54,828 bases of DNA from Octopus bimaculoides (lineage: Eukaryota). The notes beneath the pieces were generated by a model that saw only the letters and a program-made list of their open reading frames with translations, did no database searches and was not told the DNA's origin. The stretch covers positions 125,709,245 through 125,764,072 of the forward strand of contig NC_068982.1 in assembly GCF_001194135.2 (NCBI RefSeq). The letters run 5' to 3'. This document shows positions 48,126 through 54,828 of this stretch, one piece after another; the stretch's first letter is position 1, and each line of letters starts with the position of its first letter. A program made the translations under genes and the position numbers.

Positions 48126-48304
48126 GAATAGTATATTGTGACAATTACATAATATAGGAAGTAATTTAACCTCAATGACTAAAAATCCAACCAAAATATC
48201 TGTTACACAAACGTAAACGGAATTATTTAACTTTAAAGTACATCGTACATATTCAAAGAACCTCTTTGGTTTAGTGGTACGGAACGTATTTCTGGTATTC
48301 TTTT

Positions 48305-48470
48305 ATTCTTTTACATGTTTCAGTCATGTGACGGTGGCCATGCTGGAGCACCAGCTTTTAGACGAAGAAATTGACTCCTGGACTTATTCCCTGTAAGCCT
48401 GGTGCTTATTCTATCAGTCTCTTCTGCTGAACAGCTAAATTACAGGGACGCAAACGAACCAACATCGAAA
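48305..48470 (-). mobile_element. SINE A 3' half
   Basis: It contains tgtttcagtcatgtgacggtggccatgctggagcacc and cctggacttattcc. A similar minus-strand tail lies at about 54160-54245. Confidence 0.8.
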
Positions 48471-49107
48471 ATAATAAATGGATTTCTGAATGAAAGTTTG
48501 GTAATTGCGTTATATATATATATATATATATNNNNNNNNNNNNNNNNNNNNNNNNNNNNNNNNNNNNNNNNNNNNNNNNNNNNNNNNNNNNNNNNNNNNN
48601 NNNNNNNNNNNNNNNNNNNNNNNNNNNNNNNNNNNNNNNNNNNNNNNNNNNNNNNNNNNNNNNNNNNNNNNNNNNNNNNNNNNNNNNNNNNNNNNNNNNN
48701 NNNNNNNNNNNNNNNNNNNNNNNNNNNNNNNNNNNNNNNNNNNNNNNNNNNNNNNNNNNNNNNNNNNNNNNNNNNNNNNNNNNNNNNNNNNNNNNNNNNN
48801 NNNNNNNNNNNNNNNNNNNNNNNNNNNNNNNNNNNNNNNNNNNNNNNNNNNNNNNNNNNNNNNNNNNNNNNNNNNNNNNNNNNNNNNNNNNNNNNNNNNN
48901 NNNNNNNNNNNNNNNNNNNNNNNNNNNNNNNNNNNNNNNNNNNNNNNNNNNNNNNNNNNNNNNNNNNNNNNNNNNNNNNNNNNNNNNNNNNNNNNNNNNN
49001 NNNNNNNNNNNNNNNNNNNNNNNNNNNNNNNNNNNNNNNNNGAGAGAGTGACGAAATAAAATTTATATAAATAAGGATAAGATCGATATATATATATGTC
49101 TCGAGTT

Positions 49108-49230
49108 GTAGCTGTAATCAAAGGGGCCTTGTCATATTCTTTGTGAGGCTGAATCTCCCCGAGGACTACGTTAATGTTATGCATGTCTGTGGAGTACTCA
49201 GCCATTTGTGAGTTAATTTTATCCTCGTGT
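49108..49230 (+). mobile_element. SINE E internal fragment
   Basis: It is the reverse complement of 21440-21555, so it is in the sense orientation of the family E consensus. Confidence 0.7.
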
Positions 49231-50363
49231 GGTAATGAAAAGTGAAAATGACATCCAATATTTGTTGTGTCTATGTATCTATGTATGAGCTTTTCTTTGG
49301 ATTTATGTATCTACTGTCTCTCTCACTTTCTGTCTTTCTCTTTCACTTCCTTTGTGTCCCTCTTCTCTCCCGCTTTTAATTTAACAATGCGTATATCTTT
49401 CTATGTATGTACTTCTCTTGCGACGTGATAATCATTTAAAAACACAAAACGAACGTCGTCACCACTCACAGTCTCTTTCACTCTCTCTCATTCTCTCTCT
49501 CATTCTCTCTCTCTCACTCTCTCTCTCTCTCACTCTCTCTTTCTCTCTTACTTCCTCTCTGTCCTATCTCTCGCTTTGTTACTTCTTTGAAGTAAGTGTG
49601 ACACACACCAGGTATGTACAAAAAGAAAAAGTTAGCGTATTAATACTATTGATAATATGTTTTCGTATTTCGTATTTCATGTTTACGTTTTGTGAAGTCC
49701 TGTACCCATATATGCATATGTATATATATATACATATGTAAGTATGTACACACACACACACACACACACANNNNNNNNNNNNNNNNNNNNNNNNNNNNNN
49801 NNNNNNNNNNNNNNNNNNNNNNNNNNNNNNNNNNNNNNNNNNNNNNNNNNNNNNNNNNNNNNNNNNNNNNNNNNNNNNNNNNNNNNNNNNNNNNNNNNNN
49901 NNNNNNNNNNNNNNNNNNNNNNNNNNNNNNNNNNNNNNNNNNNNNNNNNNNNNNNNNNNNNNNNNNNNNNNNNNNNNNNNNNNNNNNNNNNNNNNNNNNN
50001 NNNNNNNNNNNNNNNNNNNNNNNNNNNNNNNNNNNNNNNNNNNNNNNNNNNNNNNNNNNNNNNNNNNNNNNNNNNNNNNNNNNNNNNNNNNNNNNNNNNN
50101 NNNNNNNNNNNNNNNNNNNNNNNNNNNNNNNNNNNNNNNNNNNNNNNNNNNNNNNNNNNNNNNNNNNNNNNNNNNNNNNNNNNNNNNNNNNNNNNNNNNN
50201 NNNNNNNNNNNNNNNNNNNNNNNNNNNNNNNNNNNNNNNNNNNNNNNNNNNNNNNNNNNNNNNNNNNNNNNNNNNNNNNNNNNNNNNNNNNNNNNNNNNN
50301 NNNNNNNNNNNNNNNNNNNNNNNNNNNNNNNNNNNNNNNNNNNNNNNNNNNNNNNNNNNNNNN

Positions 50364-50499
50364 NTTTGCCTTTCATCCTTTCTAGGGTCGATTAAATAAG
50401 TACCAGTTACGCATTGGGTCGATATAATCGACTTAATCCGTTTGTCTGTCCTTGTTTGTCCCCACTGTGTGTAGCCCCTTGTGAGCAGTAAAGAAATAA
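50364..50499 (+). mobile_element. SINE B with a Tx1-type tail (5' part in the gap)
   Basis: It reads tttgcctttcatcctttc, taaataagtaccag and ttgtccccactgtgtgtagccccttgtgagcagtaaagaaataa. Confidence 0.88.
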
Positions 50500-50513
50500 G
50501 AAACGTTAGCACG

Positions 50514-51625
50514 TTTCCGGTGTTTGTGTTGTTTATATTCGACTGTGTTGAATAAGGTGAGATTGTTAAAATTGAATTTCTTATATAATTGGAACTGTGA
50601 AAGCTGTTGCTTGCTCGTTAAAAGCATTGTTGTTGCTAATTCCCCCACAGGGGGGGGGGGATACTGTTTGATCTGTGTAAAAAAATCTTTTTGAGGCGAT
50701 AAGCCTGTGAAAAAAAATGTTTTTATTGGAGGGCGGAGGTGGCCAATGTGTTTATCGCATCGGTCATCACTTACCGCCTAACCGTCGTGCCTTGCCCAGA
50801 TTCGTGGTTGACCAAGCTGGAAAGACAGCTCTTTCACTTTTTGTGGAAGAGCTGGAAACCACTTGTGAGACGTTCTATCTACTGTCAAAAACCATTAAAG
50901 GGAGGACTAGGGATGCCTTGGCTGTTGATTTCCTGACGAATGAAGGTAACAATTGTTTTCTCATAGTACTTGCAATCGCGAAAGAGGCGGTATGGAAGAC
51001 GAGAATGAAAGGAATAATGACAGAACGGAGTTTAGTTAAGGCTTTAGAGGAAGCCATGAGAACTGGCAATGCAACCCCGTTTGAAGGCGAAGAGACTGGA
51101 ACTAAACCAGCACCTCGAAGCCAAGCACATGGGGTGCATTGTCAGGGCTAGACTTCGTGCAATGGGTTGCGAGGAGATCAAGACCGCTGGATGGACCCGA
51201 GTGGTGGAAGCCCAACGTGGAAATGATTCCACAGTACGATCTTTGGTGAACCATCAAGATGAGTTGGTAAATCTCTGGCCTCGATCTACAAAGAAAAGGA
51301 AAGTGAGGCTGAAGAGAAGATGCCTGTCGGAGAAAATGTTTAATGACAGATGGAAGTATGTGGTACGAATGTTGTACATGAATGTAATCACGTGAACATG
51401 ACAAAGGTCTACCACTGGTATCAGCGGTGGATTGGGGCTCGTGGGGTCAGGAGCTTAACCATCACTCTATCTGTTGTGTCTCTTGTTCTGTTTATCATTC
51501 ATATTTATATTTTGTATTGAATTTTTAATATCACCTTAATGTTATACCATTTGTTTGTATCTGACCCCCAAATCAGATTGTGTTGTCCCCTCTATGTTGG
51601 CCCCTAGTGGGCAATAAAAAATCAA
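50514..51625 (+). mobile_element. Internally deleted Tx1 derivative (5'UTR-like plus ORF2 pieces plus 3'UTR) inserted in a SINE B head
   Basis: ORF2 pieces are VIASVITYRL..KPLVRRSIYCQKPLKGGLGMP and DFLTNEGNNCFLIVLAIAKEAVWKTRMKG. The tail is gcccctagtgggcaataaaaaatcaa. It is flanked by GAAACGTTAGCACG (50500-50513) and GAAATGTTAGCATG (51626-51639). Confidence 0.82.
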
Positions 51626-51826
51626 GAAATGTTAGCATGCTGGGCGAAATGCTTAGTGGTATTTCGTCTGTCTTTACGTTCTGAGTTCAAATTCCGCCGA
51701 GGTCGACTTTGCCTTTCATCCTTTCAGGGTCGATAAATTAAGCACCAGTTGCGTAATGGGGTCGATCTGATCGACTGGCTCCCACCAACAAAAATTTCGG
51801 GCTTTGTGCCTAGAGTAGAAACGATT
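51626..51826 (+). mobile_element. SINE B body (the target of the upstream insertions)
   Basis: It begins mid-head at gaaatgttagcatgctgggcgaaatgcttag and has a full core and the alternative tail ending gtgcctagagtagaaacgattatt. Confidence 0.9.
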
Positions 51827-52000
51827 ATTTGGTTTCTAATAATTCGCTGACCTTGAAGTTACCCACAAGAATATCTTGTGGTCATCATTGATTTAAAAGT
51901 TAATGATATGCATGTTTCCTCGTATCGGATGACATAATATGTAACCTGTTTAATTCAGTATATGAAGTCAACCGATTAGTAAAACTTTTGAAGGCGATGC

Positions 52001-52647
52001 GGATCTATTTCAAAACGGGGGCGCCAGTTTTCATTTATGTTTTATGTAGTGTTTTTGGTACCGAAAGACTTTCAAACTTCGTATACTTATCTATTTTGTG
52101 TTATAGAACAGAAAAAATTTTTGTATTCGAATTTATTTCATGTAAAAAATTGTCTTATTTCGATAATTTCTACTAATCACTGACGTCTATTCAGTTGAAA
52201 ACAGTTAGCGCTGTAACGGTGTATATCGTATTAATCCCCTAACCCTAACCCTAACCCTAACTAGACTGTTAACCCTAACCCTAACCCTAACTCTAGAATC
52301 CGAACTCTAAAATTGTTACACACATAGATACGCACAGCGTAATTTATTATATAAACAATATATGCGCATAAATTACGTTTAAACCGGATGAAATATGTCA
52401 CAGGGAATAACATTTTTATGACCACCCAGCAGTAACTCTATTCAGCTGAATAGACGTCAGTGATTGGTTGAAATTACAGAAATACGACAACTTTAACATG
52501 GAATAACTTGCGATGTACGTTTTTTGTTAAGAAGACTAAGAGTAAAAGATGTTTTATATGACACATTCTACCAGTGTCCCAAGTTTCAAAGTGTTTCGTT
52601 AGTGTTTCGTTAAGAAAATACTGGTGCCCCCGTTTTGAAATAGATCC
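52001..52647. mobile_element. Foldback MITE, GGATCT family, 8-bp TSD, with internal (CCCTAA)n
   Basis: The ends are ggatctatttcaaaacggggg and cccccgttttgaaatagatcc, with TSD GGCGATGC on both sides. CCCTAA runs lie at 52237-52310. Confidence 0.92.
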
Positions 52648-52699
52648 GGCGATGCTTACAGAGATAACTGATTTAAACAATGAACGGCCAAGATTAGAG

Positions 52700-53200
52700 C
52701 ATGTTATTATTTTCACCCTCCTCCAAAACCCACCTCAGTCTTTTGAATTTTGAATAAAATCCCTCCCATGATCCACAAGTAAATTTCTTTTTGGAGGCTC
52801 TGAGCAGCACCATTCCTAGTGTGAGTACTTCAGCTTTGTAGAGAGTAATGATTGGGTTCAGCAACCAATAAGGGCTGAAATATTAGTTAAACTTGACAGA
52901 ATGTATGAGGAACATTTTTGAATGATTGTCACTGTTTATAATATCTAACGATTGTAGCGAATTTTAAAACTTGAATTATGTTGCTTATGAATGTGTTGGG
53001 GTGATTGGTAATGAACAATCCACACATGTAAATGGTGATTCATTTTTTCCAGGTATTGTAGGCGATATCTTTCACTCACTACTGCAAAATGAATGACCTG
53101 AAGGTGTTCTGGTGTTGTGGGTTTTGATTGTGATGGCGAGGTTGAAAGGACACACCTAGAATTATAAGTACCTCGTTATTGTTTATTACATTTTGTATAC
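52700..53200 (-). mobile_element. Degenerate CR1/L2-like RT C-terminal remnant
   Basis: The minus strand reads YFSPYWLLNPIITLYKAEV, resembling the LYKA.VRP block. Confidence 0.35.
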
Positions 53201-54329
53201 AGCCCATTGTTGTTATGATATTTAGAAATCTTTTGAACTTTAACGAAGTTCTTCAAAACAATCGTGTTAGTGACTAAACCACACTGCCCTCTTTAGATGA
53301 ATATTACTTCTTAGATTTACAAAAATGCTTGCAGATTGTTTAATTTTGTAATTTGTTATTCTGTCACGTACACTGCTTTGATACTAAGTGGAACAAACAA
53401 TCCATTTAGAATGTCAAAATATTGGACAGTCTTTGCGTTATTTATTTTAGATATTCTCAACAGCATCATTCAACATTCAGCAAATCCGTGCGAACTTGCT
53501 CAGAATCTATAAGGTTATGTCATGCTGTCAGAAAACCATGGTGACAGGTCATGTTTTTGAATCAAACAACACTATACAGAATTTGTTTTCTTGTCTCATA
53601 GGAAATCAATGGTTGTTATGAAGAAAAAATGCCACCCCATTGTTAACTGTTTATGAAACCTAGTTGGAAAACTTAACAAGCTCTTTGCATAACTGATGAG
53701 AGTTAGATAACAAAATGTCTAAACGCCTCGACAGACAGATAAATCGACACAATAGTTAAGTTGTCATGTAGCTAGCATTGTAAACAGTACGTTTTTAGGA
53801 AGACATGTAGGTATGTTACTTGCTCGGTAGATATGTTGCTAGGTAGGTAGGAATGTTGCTTGCTAGGTAGGATTTATGTGGAAGGAGATAAATTGTACTT
53901 TTATAAATCCTGCAAACCAGGAATGAATTATTTTAGGATTTGGAAAATTTGGCAGCTATTTCTAGCAGGTGAAACGAATGTGTTTGAAGTCATTTCTTTG
54001 ACTTGTTGCTCAAACAATAATCAAATTCACTTCCCCTACGTTTGTAAATTAACTTCGAAAGACCAATTTTTAATGACTAGAAATTATCTCCCCACCTTTT
54101 TCCCCCGTGATTCGCAAGCTAAGTTTATGATTTTTTCTGAAACGAAGAGGAAATTTCACTTACCTTTTTTCTTGTTTCAGTTATTGGACTGCGGCCATGC
54201 TGGGGTACCACTTTGAATGGTTTTAGTCAAATCGACTCTGGTACATATTTAAAAAAACAACATCAAATAACACGACAATATTCTTAAATAGACACGGTTA
54301 TAAGTTTTCATTAAATGTGTTCTTATATT

Positions 54330-54828
54330 CTGTAGTTATTACACGGTTACTTCTGGCAGATGGTCGTTTTGTTCGTCACACCGAACTAAACCTGATCATT
54401 AAGCGGGCTCTGGCTCTGGTTAATATTCCTTCAGTTCTGGATCTGGTGGGTTTATCCAGAAGGGATGGGAAGAGACCAGGTGGTCATAACGTATGTCATT
54501 GGGTAAGAGGTAGGTGCCTCATCTAGGATGTCACAGTCTGTGATTCTTATGCCCCCCCCCCACCAACATCCTGGATGCCGCGGCAAATAGAAGGGTCTCT
54601 ACTTCTGTTGCCGAACGAAACAAAATCCTTAAATTTCGGGACTTGACAGTGAACCCCTTCTTCCAGCCTGTTGTGTTTGAGACGTTTGGAGGGGATGGGC
54701 CGCTAACAGGGAAGATTTTGTCATCGTTGGCGGCTCGCCTAACCATGGTGGTAATAGGTGATGTCCGTGAGGGTGCTTGGCTATTACAATGTCTTAGCCT
54801 CGCCATCGCCCGTGGTAATGCCACGAAT
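54330..54828 (+). mobile_element. CRE-like non-LTR retrotransposon restriction-like endonuclease region (runs off the window end)
   Basis: It reads RHTELNLIIKRAL, GLSRRDGKRPGG, HWVRGRCLI*DVTVCDSYA, FQPVVFETFG and LSLAIARGNA (PD..D-type RLE with PD mutated). Confidence 0.8.

Noticed and set aside
44273-50512. Many long ORFs spanning N gaps or made of YI, CV, HT, ER or SL dipeptides (also at 15603, 21804, 27342, 34180, 35869, 37770)
   Set aside because: They are artefacts of N runs and microsatellites.
53693-53745. CTGATGA followed by a hairpin (possible hammerhead)
   Set aside because: GAAA is replaced by GACA, and no stem I partner or NUH site is present.

Overview
This is eukaryotic, AT-rich, gapped genomic DNA. 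The SINE families, dense microsatellites, TTAGGG repeats and GC-rich 28S expansion segments suggest a mollusc, most likely a cephalopod such as Octopus (inference). No prokaryotic features or CRISPR arrays are present. Only one intact host coding region is recognisable: an intronless 245-aa tetraspanin (8735-9472). The rest is a dense, often nested set of mobile elements. These include decayed Tx1/L1, CR1/L2-like, RTE, R4/NeSL-like and CRE-like LINEs, two Penelope-like fragments with hammerhead-type motifs, and several tRNA-derived SINE families. There are also hAT, Tigger, mariner and MULE remnants, two non-autonomous Helitrons, several foldback MITEs and an orphan 28S rDNA fragment fused to a CR1-like LINE. 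Five structures stand out. (1) A Tx1 'system' of a LINE, internally deleted mini-derivatives and a SINE subfamily shares one 3' tail and repeatedly lands in the tRNA-like head of that same SINE. (2) A foldback MITE family with GGATCT ends and 8-bp TSDs carries telomeric repeats, once as a head-to-head (TTAGGG)n/(CCCTAA)n palindrome. (3) The Penelope-like elements show inverted pseudo-LTRs and minimal hammerhead ribozymes. (4) A Helitron carries a 62-bp CpG-rich palindromic minisatellite plus a duplicated 350-bp flank. (5) The 28S-CR1 fusion may be a chimera. All calls were made by eye, family names are provisional until checked against Dfam/Repbase, and most repeat boundaries are approximate (roughly +/-10-50 bp unless a TSD is given).
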